A DNA stretch of 49,460 bases from an uncultured Spirochaetota bacterium. Lineage in GTDB: Bacteria > Spirochaetota > UBA4802 > UBA5550. The position numbers and the translations under genes were made by a program. The stretch is taken from contig CAWHAA010000003.1 of assembly GCA_963827275.1 (NCBI GenBank), forward strand, positions 1 through 49,460, read 5' to 3'. This document shows, one piece after another, positions 38,964-48,761 of the stretch. Within the stretch, counting starts at the first letter, position 1; each line of letters begins with the position of its first letter. The notes beneath the pieces are model-generated. The model had not been told where the DNA came from and ran no database searches. It saw only the letters and a list, made by a program, of their open reading frames with translations.

Positions 38964-40328
38964 ATGTCACTATTTTCCTCGCTTTTCAAGAAAAAGTACC
39001 CGATCATCGTGCCGCAGGGCGGCCATTCTTTCTCCAAGAAGAATATCGAGTTCAACGTCATGGATATACTCAACCGCCTGAGGAGGGCGGGTTTCCAGGC
39101 CCACCTGGTGGGTGGGTGCGTCCGTGACATACTGCTCGGCAAGAAGCCGAAGGATTTCGATATCGTCACTGACGCCCGGCCCCAGCAGATCAAGCGTCAA
39201 TTCCGCCGCTGTTTCCTGATCGGCAGGCGGTTCCGCCTTGCACACGTGTATATCAGCCACGACCGCTTCGTCGAGGTGGCCACGTTCCGCGCCGCGGTTG
39301 ACCCGGAGCAGGTCGAGGGCGGCAACTTCGCCGCGAACAACGTGTACGGTACCATCGACGAGGACGCGCATCGCCGCGACTTCACCGTGAACGGCCTCTA
39401 TTACAACAGCGCCGACGGGTCGCTCATTGATTACAGCGGCGGGTTGGAAGACCTTAAAAACAAGGTGATCCGCTCCATCGGCGATCCGTGCAAGCGGCTA
39501 AGGGAGGACCCGGTGCGGATCATTCGCGCGGCGCGCTTCTGCGCGCAGCTCGGGTTCACCGTTTCGAAAAACGACCTCAGGGCCGCGCACGAATGCGCGC
39601 CGCTCATTGTGCAGTCAAACGCGCACCGGATGCTGGAGGAGCTCTATAAAATACTTCGGTGCGGCGCGTCCGCCGGGACGATAACCAAGCTGGATGAATT
39701 GAAGATACTGGGCAACTGGATACCGGAGCTGGCTCCGGCGAAGTACCGGCAGGCGCTGCTGTCCCGGCTCGCGGCCGTGGACCGCAGGCGCCAGGCGGGA
39801 GAAGAGGTCCCCGCGGCCGTGCTCCTCTCTGCGCTGCTGTACGACCTCTTCGATGAGGCGCTGGGCGAACGGCGCAGCTACCAGGACGCGTTCGTAACGC
39901 TCCACCAGAGGTTCACCGAGCTGGCGACCCGTCTCCGCATCCCGAAGCGTGAATGGGACGCCGTGTGCAACATGGTCGCGCGCCAGTCGAGCTTCGCGCG
40001 CACTTCTGGCGGCGCGAAGGCGCGTGGCTTCGAGAAGCGCTTTGTGCGCAACGCGCATTTTCCCAATGCATTCTCTTTTTTCGGGATACTGGCCGAGGCC
40101 ACGGGAAAGCACGCCGCAGAGCTCGAATACTGGAAACAGCTGGCGGCAGAGGCCCCGCCGCGGCGCCCTGAGTATCATCGCGCGCCGCACTCGCCGTTTG
40201 GCGGCGGCGAGCCCGCTGCCGAACGGGGCCCGGAACATGCTGACGGGGCGGCGGCAGGAAGCAGGAAGAAGCGCCGCCGGCCCCGCAGGAGAAAGCCGGC
40301 TGGCCCGAAGCCGGAAGTGCAGGCCTGA
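38964..40328 (+). CDS. pcnB: Poly(A) polymerase I
   Basis: 'LVGGCVRDILLGKKPKDFDIVTDA', PAP-type signature 'LIGRRFRLAHV', 'RRDFTVN', 'EDPVRIIRA'; basic tail. Confidence 0.93.
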   Translation: MSLFSSLFKKKYPIIVPQGGHSFSKKNIEFNVMDILNRLRRAGFQAHLVGGCVRDILLGKKPKDFDIVTDARPQQIKRQFRRCFLIGRRFRLAHVYISHDRFVEVATFRAAVDPEQVEGGNFAANNVYGTIDEDAHRRDFTVNGLYYNSADGSLIDYSGGLEDLKNKVIRSIGDPCKRLREDPVRIIRAARFCAQLGFTVSKNDLRAAHECAPLIVQSNAHRMLEELYKILRCGASAGTITKLDELKILGNWIPELAPAKYRQALLSRLAAVDRRRQAGEEVPAAVLLSALLYDLFDEALGERRSYQDAFVTLHQRFTELATRLRIPKREWDAVCNMVARQSSFARTSGGAKARGFEKRFVRNAHFPNAFSFFGILAEATGKHAAELEYWKQLAAEAPPRRPEYHRAPHSPFGGGEPAAERGPEHADGAAAGSRKKRRRPRRRKPAGPKPEVQA

Positions 40329-40368
40329 TCCGTACCTGACAGGAACGCAAATGTTTGCGTCCCCGCCA

Positions 40369-40914
40369 TTAAAATTCCATGATGATATCGCCCCGGCAAA
40401 ATCCCTTTTCGTGCATCATGCAGGCGTCCGGCATCGGCTCAATGCGGTGCTTGATCTCCATGGCGTCGAGCCAGCACCCGATCCGGAAAATGACGCCGCA
40501 CCGGTACCGGTCGATGCAGCCGAGCTGACAGATCCCCTTGTACGCAAAGCATTCCCCCCGTTCCCATTCCCACCGGAACACGCCTTCGGCGGGCGCGCTG
40601 ACACTGAACCGCTTGACGATAGAGCGGGGGAGGACCAGCAGGAGGGCGCCGGAGAGGATCGCCGCCGCTTCGTCGAAGCTCCTGACCTGCCCGTCCCCTG
40701 CGCCGAGGATCTTCCTGGTGCGGCGGGCCTCCATCGGCGCCATGGACCGGATCGCGGCAAGGTTCAGGCGGTTGGCCAGCTCGATCCCGCCTTCCAGAAA
40801 CGCGTTGTAGAACCACATGCCGTCGTGGGTGAGCCAGCCGCTTGCCAGGTAATCGCGGAGCCGCGTCGTATCTATGTCCAGCGGCGCGTCCGGAGAAAAT
40901 TCAATCGTGCTCAT
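40369..40914 (-). CDS. DUF6125-like protein
   Basis: 'WLTHDGMWF' and Cys-rich C-terminus; start overlaps the stop of the upstream Fe-S gene. Confidence 0.7.
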   Translation of the reverse strand: MSTIEFSPDAPLDIDTTRLRDYLASGWLTHDGMWFYNAFLEGGIELANRLNLAAIRSMAPMEARRTRKILGAGDGQVRSFDEAAAILSGALLLVLPRSIVKRFSVSAPAEGVFRWEWERGECFAYKGICQLGCIDRYRCGVIFRIGCWLDAMEIKHRIEPMPDACMMHEKGFCRGDIIMEF

Positions 40915-41975
40915 ATCTTTCCGCGCTCTTTCGCTATTGCCATGTAGGTGTTAATGAAATTTTCAGGCGGCGTGTAGAGCTTCTCCGCCTGTTTCTTCTC
41001 CAGACGCAGGGCGAGGGCGGGACAGGCCGCCGCGCAATTGCCGCACCCGATGCACCGGTCATGATCGATTACGGCTGTGCCGCCGGTGACGGATATCGCG
41101 TCCATCTGGCACCTTTCGACGCAGGCCTCGCATCCGGTGCATTCGCCGGCGTTCACGACGGCCCGGTAATTGCTCTTTGCCGCCTCCGCCGGCTTCGGCT
41201 GCATCTTCAGGGAGCGCAGTATGCCGCAGCAGTCGCCGCAGCACATGCAGAAACCGCCCCCTTTCTGCGTATTGGCCATGTTTATGACCAGAGGCGCCTC
41301 GTCCAGGTTTTTCCTCACGATCGCCTTCGCCTCGTCAGTGGTCACGTATCGTCCCATGCCGTTCTGCACGTAGTAATCGGCCTGTGATCCGAAGGAAAAG
41401 CACGCTTCGAGCGGCATGTCGCATCCGCGGTCGAGGAGTCGGCCCTCTTTACGGCAGATGCATTCCGCCACCATGATGGTTTTCTGCTCGCCGATGATTT
41501 TCATGACATCGTCGAAGGGCGCGATGCCGCTTTCGGAGGCCACGTCCCGGTTGATCGGCACCGCGCGCATGAGCGGGGTTCCGGTCGCGGCCAAGGAGCG
41601 GCCGAACCCGCCCTGGTAATTGTCTTCCAGCTCCTGCGCCAGTTCCCTGTCAAGGCGCCCCAGCTGGAACTCCATGATGCCGATGACGAAGGGCAGCGCC
41701 CCGTACTTGGCCGAGTCCGGCTTTTGCAGGCGGAAGATGAGTCCGCGCTTCGCCATGCTCTCCAGCTGCATGGCGAGGTCCTTCTCGTCCCTGCCCAGAC
41801 GTCCGGCAACAACGGCAGGCGTCTCGAGCATGGGGGAAAGCTGCAGGAAAAGCTCCGCGTCCTCCTTGCTGAATAGCCGCTTCAGTAATTTCAACTCGGT
41901 ACCGTTTTGGGTCACCGGGTAGCCGGTGGACAGGCTGTCGAGCCGTTCCCGCAGTTTTTCGTATATCTCGCTCAT
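40911..41975 (-). CDS. 4Fe-4S dicluster-binding protein
   Basis: CTGCEACVERC, CIGCGNCAAAC, ECICR, FCMCCGDCC; N-terminal wHTH-like region; GAGGAGG RBS. Confidence 0.88.
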   Translation of the reverse strand: MSEIYEKLRERLDSLSTGYPVTQNGTELKLLKRLFSKEDAELFLQLSPMLETPAVVAGRLGRDEKDLAMQLESMAKRGLIFRLQKPDSAKYGALPFVIGIMEFQLGRLDRELAQELEDNYQGGFGRSLAATGTPLMRAVPINRDVASESGIAPFDDVMKIIGEQKTIMVAECICRKEGRLLDRGCDMPLEACFSFGSQADYYVQNGMGRYVTTDEAKAIVRKNLDEAPLVINMANTQKGGGFCMCCGDCCGILRSLKMQPKPAEAAKSNYRAVVNAGECTGCEACVERCQMDAISVTGGTAVIDHDRCIGCGNCAAACPALALRLEKKQAEKLYTPPENFINTYMAIAKERGKI

Positions 41976-42024
41976 TATGTACCTCCTCACTCTTTGTTAT
42001 ATTTGCACGTTGCCTTGCTCTGCG

Positions 42025-42656
42025 TTAGTTCTTCCCGCTGCCCTTCGCTCCGGCCGCCGCATCCATTGCGGTCCAGGCTGCATCGGCGAGAACCTCGGCG
42101 GCTTTTTTCACCGGCGTAACATAGTTGCCATCGAGATAAAGCCTCGCGTATTCCTGGCACGGCCCCAGGAGCAGCGCGGGGTAAAGGTCGGGGGGCAGCT
42201 TCCTGATCTCGCCCGCCCCGATGCGCTTCCTGAACCACCCTGACAAGCGGGCCATGAAGTCCGCGTTCATGCGCGCGAACTCGCCCTCCGAATCGGCCAT
42301 AAACATGGCATGGCGCTGCTGGAACAGGTAGCGCGACCAGTCGGGATTGTTTTCTACCCATTTCAGGTGGAACCGGACCACTGCCCTGACCCCGTCCGGG
42401 CCTGCTCGTGCCGTTCGAGCTCGGCGGCGAGCCCGATCTGGTAATCCCGGATCCCCTCCAGGTACACGGCGGAAGCCAGGCGTTCCTTCGAGGAGAAATG
42501 ATGATACAGGCTCCCGACGCTCGCGCCGGACTGGCTGCACACGTCTTCAATGCTGGTGTTGGTATAGCCCTTTTCCGTGAAGCAGGCGAGCGCGGCGCGG
42601 ATGATGTCGCTTTTGCGGCCGTGTGTCGAGGCGTGGATCGATTTCTGCTTGTTCAT
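42025..42656 (-). CDS. TetR/AcrR-family regulator, frameshifted near 42395
   Basis: 'CFTEKGYTNTSIEDVCSQSGASVGSLYHHFSSKE'; the C-terminal domain continues in the frame of ORF 42025-42540. Confidence 0.85.
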
Positions 42657-42689
42657 GTACGCTCCCGATATTGTGCCGTCGTGATTCTA

Positions 42690-42730
42690 AAACTAGAATA
42701 AAATTCTAGAAAATTGTTCTAGTTTGTCAA
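42690..42730 (-). promoter_or_regulatory. TetR promoter overlapped by tandem operators
   Basis: TTGACA-N16-TAGAAT (minus); two overlapping CTAGAA-N5-TTCTAG palindromes at 42693-42709 and 42706-42722. Confidence 0.7.
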
Positions 42731-42840
42731 GCGGTTTTTCCATGCGGAAGTGTTAAATTCCAGGCTGAAAAGGGGAATGATAGTTATCTCCAAATACGGG
42801 CTCAGAGTAATTGCCGTTAGCGATAGTTATCGGTAAGCAC

Positions 42841-42862
42841 AAAAGGCCCCGGTGGGCCTTTT
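42841..42862. terminator. Bidirectional terminator-like hairpin
   Basis: aaaaggccc-cggt-gggcctttt. Confidence 0.55.
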
Positions 42863-43011
42863 GACAGGATAAAATATGTTTTGATCCCTGGAAAGTGGCT
42901 TCCGCTTTCACGTAAACCCGCTTCGAGTCGTAAGGATTTCTCGACCCGACATATATATCGCCCGCTCCAAGGGCCGTCGCGTTATAATAGTCCGTTCCTT
43001 TCGCGCCTTCG

Positions 43012-43298
43012 GCATAGCGCGGACCATGGCGGTCCAGCCGGAGGTGATCCTGATGGACGAGCCGGCCTCTGCCCTGGACCCGATCTCGACCCAGAAGATA
43101 GAGGAGCTTATCCAGGATTTAAAAAAGAAATACACCATCATCATAGTGACCCACAGCATGCAGCAGGCCGCGCGGGTGAGCGACGAAACCGTCTTTTTCT
43201 ATATCGGGGACCTGATCGAAATGAGCCCGACGGAGAAGATATTCACCAGGCCGGATGTTGAGATGACAGAGAATTACATCACCGGAAAATTCGGATAG
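43012..43298 (+). pseudogene. pstB: 3' remnant of a phosphate ABC ATPase gene
   Basis: [43 protein letters not shown]; no Walker A or signature region upstream. Confidence 0.85.
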
Positions 43299-43487
43299 TC
43301 CCACCACCCACCCACCCACCGGTGTGGAGGCTTCGGGCAGTGCCGTCAGGTTCCCTGCGTTCACCGCATGAACTCCGTATCGATTATCCGTCATAAGCGA
43401 GCAATCGCGTAAACAAAGCCCCTCGCCGGCACGCAGAAGCGGGATGGCGCGGCACGTATGCGGTTTCCGGATGATAGTGGGGATGAA

Positions 43488-44153
43488 TTATAAGGGATCG
43501 CTAAAATGGTGACGCACGTCTTTGCCCTGCGCGACAAAAATGACCACTTCGGCAATATTGGTTGCATGGTCGGCTATTTTTTCAAAGTGGTTTGTGATCA
43601 ATATAAGCTGCACCGCGATCCCGACCTTTGACGGGTCCCCGGCCATGAGCTCGATTAATTCCTGGATGATACTATATCTCAGTTGGTCCACCTGGTCGTC
43701 ACAGAGGAGTATGAGGCGCGCTTTGTCCACGTCGAGATTAACGAAGGCGTGAAGGCTGTCCTCGAACATTCTGCTGACGATATCGACCATTTTGGGTATG
43801 TCAATATAGGGTTTCAACTGTGCCTGCTCCAGGACGTTTGAAACCCCCTTGCATATGTTGACCGCGTGATCGCCGACCCTTTCAAGCTCGGCGTTTATTT
43901 TTGTAATACCGAGAAGAAATCGGAGGTCACTTGCCGTCGGTTGGTGCAGGGCTATCAGTTTCAGGCAGTACTCGTCAATGTCAACCTGGTGCCGGTTTAC
44001 CTGCGCTTCATTTTCAGGTATTTTATCCAGCAGTTTCACGTCATGCTCCACAAGCGCGCGCACGGCTATATTTACCATCTCCTCGGTCAGTGACCCCATG
44101 TTCAATAACATGCCCTTTACTGAGTCCAGCTCATCAAAAAAATGTCGGTCCAT
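43488..44153 (-). CDS. phoU: Phosphate signalling protein PhoU
   Basis: 'QPTASDLR', 'LERVGDHAVNI', 'EKIADHATNIAE'; GGAGG RBS. Confidence 0.95.
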   Translation of the reverse strand: MDRHFFDELDSVKGMLLNMGSLTEEMVNIAVRALVEHDVKLLDKIPENEAQVNRHQVDIDEYCLKLIALHQPTASDLRFLLGITKINAELERVGDHAVNICKGVSNVLEQAQLKPYIDIPKMVDIVSRMFEDSLHAFVNLDVDKARLILLCDDQVDQLRYSIIQELIELMAGDPSKVGIAVQLILITNHFEKIADHATNIAEVVIFVAQGKDVRHHFSDPL

Positions 44154-44183
44154 CAATCGCCTCCAAAAATCATTCCGCAGTTA

Positions 44184-44939
44184 TTATCCATACCGGCCCG
44201 TAATGTAATCCAGCGTCCTCTTGTCCCGCGGATTGGTGAAAATATCGGAAGTCTTTCCGAATTCCACCATTTCCCCCAGCAGCATGTAGCCGCAGAGGTC
44301 CGATACCCTCGACGCCTGTTGCATATTGTGTGTTACTATCACGATATGGTAATCATTTTTCAGGTCCAGCATGAGCTCTTCTATCTTCATGGTCGCAATC
44401 GGATCAAGCGCTGAACAGGGCTCATCCATGAGGATCACCTCCGGTTCAACCGCCAGCAGCCTGGCTATGCACAGACGCTGTTGCTGATACAGGGGAAGCG
44501 CCAGCGCCGATGTTTGAAGCTTATCTTTAAGTTCGTCCCATAACCATGCGGCTTTTAAACTTTTTTCAACTATTTCGGCAGTCTTTTTTTTGTCCGAAAA
44601 TTTTTCCACCTTTAGGCCAAATGAGACGTTATCATATACCGACAGGGGAAAAGGATTGGGCCGCTGAAAAACCATGCCGACTCTTTTCCGGAGCTCATAG
44701 ATCTCCATGTGGGAGCCGTATATGTCTACGCCGTCCAGCAGTATCTCGCCATTAATCTTTACCCCTTCAATCAGGTCATTCATCCGGTTTATGGTTCTCA
44801 GCAGGGTCGATTTTCCGCACCCGGACGGTCCGATGAGGCCCACTATATTGTTTCCGTCAACCGTCATGTCCACGGACTTGAGCGCCTGGAAATCGCCGTA
44901 ATACAGGTCGAGCTTCGTGATTTCAATTTTTTTTGGCAT
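44184..44939 (-). CDS. pstB: Phosphate ABC transporter ATP-binding protein (degenerate signature LPLYQ)
   Basis: GPSGCGKST, NRMNDL, MVFQRPNPFP, MDEP, VTHNMQQA, YITGRYG. Confidence 0.93.
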   Translation of the reverse strand: MPKKIEITKLDLYYGDFQALKSVDMTVDGNNIVGLIGPSGCGKSTLLRTINRMNDLIEGVKINGEILLDGVDIYGSHMEIYELRKRVGMVFQRPNPFPLSVYDNVSFGLKVEKFSDKKKTAEIVEKSLKAAWLWDELKDKLQTSALALPLYQQQRLCIARLLAVEPEVILMDEPCSALDPIATMKIEELMLDLKNDYHIVIVTHNMQQASRVSDLCGYMLLGEMVEFGKTSDIFTNPRDKRTLDYITGRYG

Positions 44940-44998
44940 AGCTGCTGTCAGTTATAATGTAATAAGATTTATTGGATGCATCCAGAAATATTGACCTA

Positions 44999-45760
44999 TT
45001 ACCCGAAACGGCCGGTTATATAATCATCAGTTCGCTTGTCTTTCGGTACGGTAAAAATCTGGTCGGTTGGCCCGATTTCGATCATTTCGCTCATCAGGAA
45101 AAAAGCGGTGTTGTCCGCGACCCGTGCGGCCTGCTTTGTGTTGTTGGTTACCAGTATTATTGTGTAATCTTTTTTTAATATACTGAGCGCGTCCTCAATG
45201 GCAGCTGTCGAGATCGGGTCCAGCCCCGAACATGGTTCGTCAAGAAGGATGACCTCCGGTTCCATGGCCAGGACCCTCGCAAGGCACAGACGCTGCTGCT
45301 GACCGCCGGACAGCCTCATGCCCGATGTCTTAAGCCGGTCTTTGACCTCGTCCCAGAGAAAAGCCTCTTTGAGACTCGTTTCAACCAGCTCGTCCAGTTT
45401 TTTCCTGTCCCTGATGCCGAACAGGACCGGGCTGAATACAATATTGTCATATATACTTGCCGGGAGCGGTACGGGAAGGGCAAAGACCATCCCGACTTTT
45501 TTCCTCAGTTTCGTAGGGTCGGTCCCGGGACCGTAAATATCCTCTCCATCCAAAAGGATCTGCCCCTGGATTTGAATTTCCGGCACCAGGTCATTCATCC
45601 GGTTGAGTGATCGTAAAAAAACGGTTTTCCCGGATCCGGAAGGGCCGATGATACCCAGGATCTTGTGAGAAGGTATTGAAATATTAATATTCCGAAGAGC
45701 CTGGGTCTTTCCCCAGAAAACGTTCAGGTTGTTAATGATGAATTTGTTTTCGAGCTCCAT
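44999..45760 (-). CDS. pstB: Phosphate ABC transporter ATP-binding protein (degenerate Q-loop and H-switch)
   Basis: GPSGSGKT, NRMNDL, LSGGQQQRL, LDEP, YITGRFG; has MVFALP and VTNN. Confidence 0.93.
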   Translation of the reverse strand: MELENKFIINNLNVFWGKTQALRNINISIPSHKILGIIGPSGSGKTVFLRSLNRMNDLVPEIQIQGQILLDGEDIYGPGTDPTKLRKKVGMVFALPVPLPASIYDNIVFSPVLFGIRDRKKLDELVETSLKEAFLWDEVKDRLKTSGMRLSGGQQQRLCLARVLAMEPEVILLDEPCSGLDPISTAAIEDALSILKKDYTIILVTNNTKQAARVADNTAFFLMSEMIEIGPTDQIFTVPKDKRTDDYITGRFG

Positions 45761-45867
45761 GGTATCTCTATTATTCCCCGATAAACGCCCTGGTTATCCT
45801 ATCAGGATCTTTAGTGTCTGTGAATGTGCCATATATAATCATACTATTGAACAATGTTTTCTCCGGT

Positions 45868-46707
45868 CTATTTGGTCCGCTTTGTAATAAACCTGTTCAT
45901 GAGCCAATAGGACGTAAGGTTGATCAGCAGAATTGATATTATGAGCACCGCAGCCGTGCCATAGGCGTTTTGACTTGATATCCCTTCGCGGGCGAGAATG
46001 TAAAAGTGTACTGACATGGTCCGGATTGAATCGAAAAGCGAACTGGGAATCCTCAGTGAAGAACCGGCCGTGAAAATGACCGCTGCCGTTTCGCCGATTG
46101 ACCGTCCGATACTCAGCATGATCCCGGTAATGATGCCCGGCAGGGCGTTGGGCAGCACGACTTTTCTGACCGTCTGCCAGAGGGTGGCCCCGAGAGAAAA
46201 GCTCACTTCCCGGTATGAATAGGGGACCGATTTGATGGCCTCTTCACTGGTGCGGATGATCGTCGGTAATATCATGAATGCAAGCGTTAACGAGCCTGAA
46301 AGTATCGACCATCCCATCTGGAGTGTGGTGACGAAAAAAATGAATCCGAAAAGGCCGAATATTATTGACGGAATCCCCGCAAGGCAATCAGCCCCGAATC
46401 GTATTATCCTTGTTACCCTGTTCTCCCTCGTGTATTCCGTGAGATAAATGGCCGTCCCTACGCCGAGCGGGGTGGCTATGAGGATGGCCAGGAGCGGCAA
46501 GATAACAGTCCCCAGTAACGTGGGGAATATTCCTCCGGCTTTTCCCATGTCCTGCGGATTGGAAAAAAGGAAATCAGGAGTGACATAGATCAATCCTTTC
46601 CCGAAAATAAAAACGATAATAAAAACAAGGATTGCCAGCGTAAAGACCGTCATTAATACGAGAAGGCTTATTGCCAGGATTTGCGTATAGCGGGGGTGTA
46701 CGATCAT
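45868..46707 (-). CDS. pstA: Phosphate ABC permease PstA
   Basis: 'LAGIPSIIFGLFG', 'IRTSEEAIKSVP', 'GRSIGETAAV'. Confidence 0.95.
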   Translation of the reverse strand: MIVHPRYTQILAISLLVLMTVFTLAILVFIIVFIFGKGLIYVTPDFLFSNPQDMGKAGGIFPTLLGTVILPLLAILIATPLGVGTAIYLTEYTRENRVTRIIRFGADCLAGIPSIIFGLFGFIFFVTTLQMGWSILSGSLTLAFMILPTIIRTSEEAIKSVPYSYREVSFSLGATLWQTVRKVVLPNALPGIITGIMLSIGRSIGETAAVIFTAGSSLRIPSSLFDSIRTMSVHFYILAREGISSQNAYGTAAVLIISILLINLTSYWLMNRFITKRTK

Positions 46708-47561
46708 TTGCTTTTCCCCATCTTCCTGATTGCCAGTGTCGCGGTGTAATTCAAAATCATTATTATTACGAGAAGAACGACGCCGGTGGCGAAGAGCGCC
46801 TGGCGATGCATGCCGGTGGCATACCCCATTTCAAGGGCAATATTCGCGGTAAGGGTCCGTACTGAATCAAGGGCCGAGGTGGGAAGTTTGACCGCGTTTC
46901 CGACCACCATGATGACCGCCATGGTTTCTCCGACGGCGCGCCCGAGACCGAGTATGATGCCGGCCACGATGCCTGACCGTGCCGCCGGCAACACCACCAT
47001 GTGAATGGTCTGCCAGTGGGTCGCGCCGAGGGCAAAAGCCCCCTCACGGTATGAGTTTGGCACCGCCTTGATGGAGTCTATTGAAATGCTCATGATGGTG
47101 GGCAGGATCATGATACCCAGGATGATTGATGCGGCAAGGATGGAAAGGCCCGGTCCGCCGAGATAAGCCCTGATTAAAGGCGCCAGGACCATGACGCCGA
47201 TAAAACCGTATACGACCGATGGTATTCCCGCAAGTAATTCAATAGTGGGCTTGATGATCTTCATGGCCCAGTTGGGAACGAATTCCGACAAAAAAATAGC
47301 ACCGGCCAATCCCAGCGGCAGACCGACGATCATGGCGCCCAGGGTAACCCACAGGGATCCCACAATCATCGGGAATATGCCGTAATTGTTCGTCGGAGGG
47401 TTCCAGTTGGAAGAAAGAAGAAAATCGCTGGCGCCGACCTTGATGATGAAGGGTAATCCTTCCTTCAAAATAAAAAGGACGATTAATAAAAGCATGGCTA
47501 TCGCCGATAGAGCAATAACCATCAGGAGTCGGTAAATACCCTTTTCTGTAAAAATCTTCAT
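46704..47561 (-). CDS. pstC: Phosphate ABC permease PstC
   Basis: 'ELLAGIPSVVYG', 'GRAVGETMAVIMV'. Confidence 0.95.
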   Translation of the reverse strand: MKIFTEKGIYRLLMVIALSAIAMLLLIVLFILKEGLPFIIKVGASDFLLSSNWNPPTNNYGIFPMIVGSLWVTLGAMIVGLPLGLAGAIFLSEFVPNWAMKIIKPTIELLAGIPSVVYGFIGVMVLAPLIRAYLGGPGLSILAASIILGIMILPTIMSISIDSIKAVPNSYREGAFALGATHWQTIHMVVLPAARSGIVAGIILGLGRAVGETMAVIMVVGNAVKLPTSALDSVRTLTANIALEMGYATGMHRQALFATGVVLLVIIMILNYTATLAIRKMGKSK

Positions 47562-47608
47562 TCAATATCGTTATTAAAAATTTTTTAAAAAACGGTTCAA
47601 TACAAAAG

Positions 47609-48409
47609 TTATTTTGCAGGTATTAACCCGCTTGATTTGATTGTTTCCTGTCCCTGGCTGGAGAGGATGTAGTCGATAAAACCCTTGATTTTATCACTGG
47701 GAGCGCCTTTCGTTAATAGATAAATCGGTCTGACAAGAATATATTTCCCACTGATGATGTTCTCGGCTGTACAGGATATTCCGTTGACGGTGATCGGTTT
47801 TATCTTCTCATTTATCAGGCCGTGTGACAGGTAGCCTATTGCGTTAGCATCATTAATAACCGTTTCACGGACAGTTCCGTTTGAATCCTGTATGATCGCC
47901 TCTTTTGTCAATGATATGTTTTTGATTATATCTTCAAAAGATGATCGCGTTCCGGATCCTGCTTCGCGGGATATAACAGTGATAAGATGATCATTTCCGC
48001 CGATTTCCTTCCAGTTCTTAATCTTTCCATTATAAATTCCCTGGACCTGTTGAATGGTTAGATTATCAATTTTATTTTTTAAATTGACTATGAGGGCTAT
48101 ACCGTCCCGTGCCACGACGACCGTATTCAGGCTTTTTGCTTCAGGAGGAAGGATAACAAGGTCTGCCATGCCGATTTGCGCGGCCCCGGACAAAGCGGAT
48201 TGAATACCCACTGCCGAACCGCCGCCCTGGATGGTAATATTTGTGTCAGGATGGGCCTGCATATATTGGTCTGCGAGCTTTTCGGCGAATGGTTGAAATG
48301 CCGTTGAACCAGCGGCTGTTATGGCGTGTTTGCCTTTCCCGCATCCCATGAAAGATGCAAAAAGCCCGATGAGAAAAATGAGTATAATTGATGCTATTTT
48401 TGTTTTCAT
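47609..48409 (-). CDS. pstS: Phosphate ABC substrate-binding lipoprotein
   Basis: Lipobox FMGC; 'AGSTA', 'GGGSAVG', 'SREAGSGTR'. Confidence 0.93.
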   Translation of the reverse strand: MKTKIASIILIFLIGLFASFMGCGKGKHAITAAGSTAFQPFAEKLADQYMQAHPDTNITIQGGGSAVGIQSALSGAAQIGMADLVILPPEAKSLNTVVVARDGIALIVNLKNKIDNLTIQQVQGIYNGKIKNWKEIGGNDHLITVISREAGSGTRSSFEDIIKNISLTKEAIIQDSNGTVRETVINDANAIGYLSHGLINEKIKPITVNGISCTAENIISGKYILVRPIYLLTKGAPSDKIKGFIDYILSSQGQETIKSSGLIPAK

Positions 48410-48761
48410 GGATTAATCAACTAATAAACGAGGCGGAAATTGTCAAATGAAAATTACATGAGGAAAATATAAAAAAAATATAAAATGTGCACTATTTTAA
48501 CAGTGCCCCCCCGTTTATTGTTTAAAAATTTTTCCCCCGGTGAAATCAGATTTTTTGTCTTTTTCTAATCCCCCCCCCCATCATCGTCATGGGCTTGCGA
48601 TGAGATTTTGAGTAGCCCGCATCCCCGCGCCATGGATGGGGTGCGGCGAAATACCCGACTGTAACTTTTTTCCATTTTCGATCAATGAATATTAATAACT
48701 GGACGAGGGAATGGGATTTATGCATTGTTGTTGTTAATAAAATTTGATGCAGGTGTATATA

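Noticed and set aside
48441..48464. Pho box upstream of pstS (TCCTCAT-N4-TTTTCAT, 11-bp spacing, next to TTGACA on the minus strand)
   Set aside because: Only two weak matches to CTGTCAT in very AT-rich DNA; cannot be told from chance without a lineage-specific motif.
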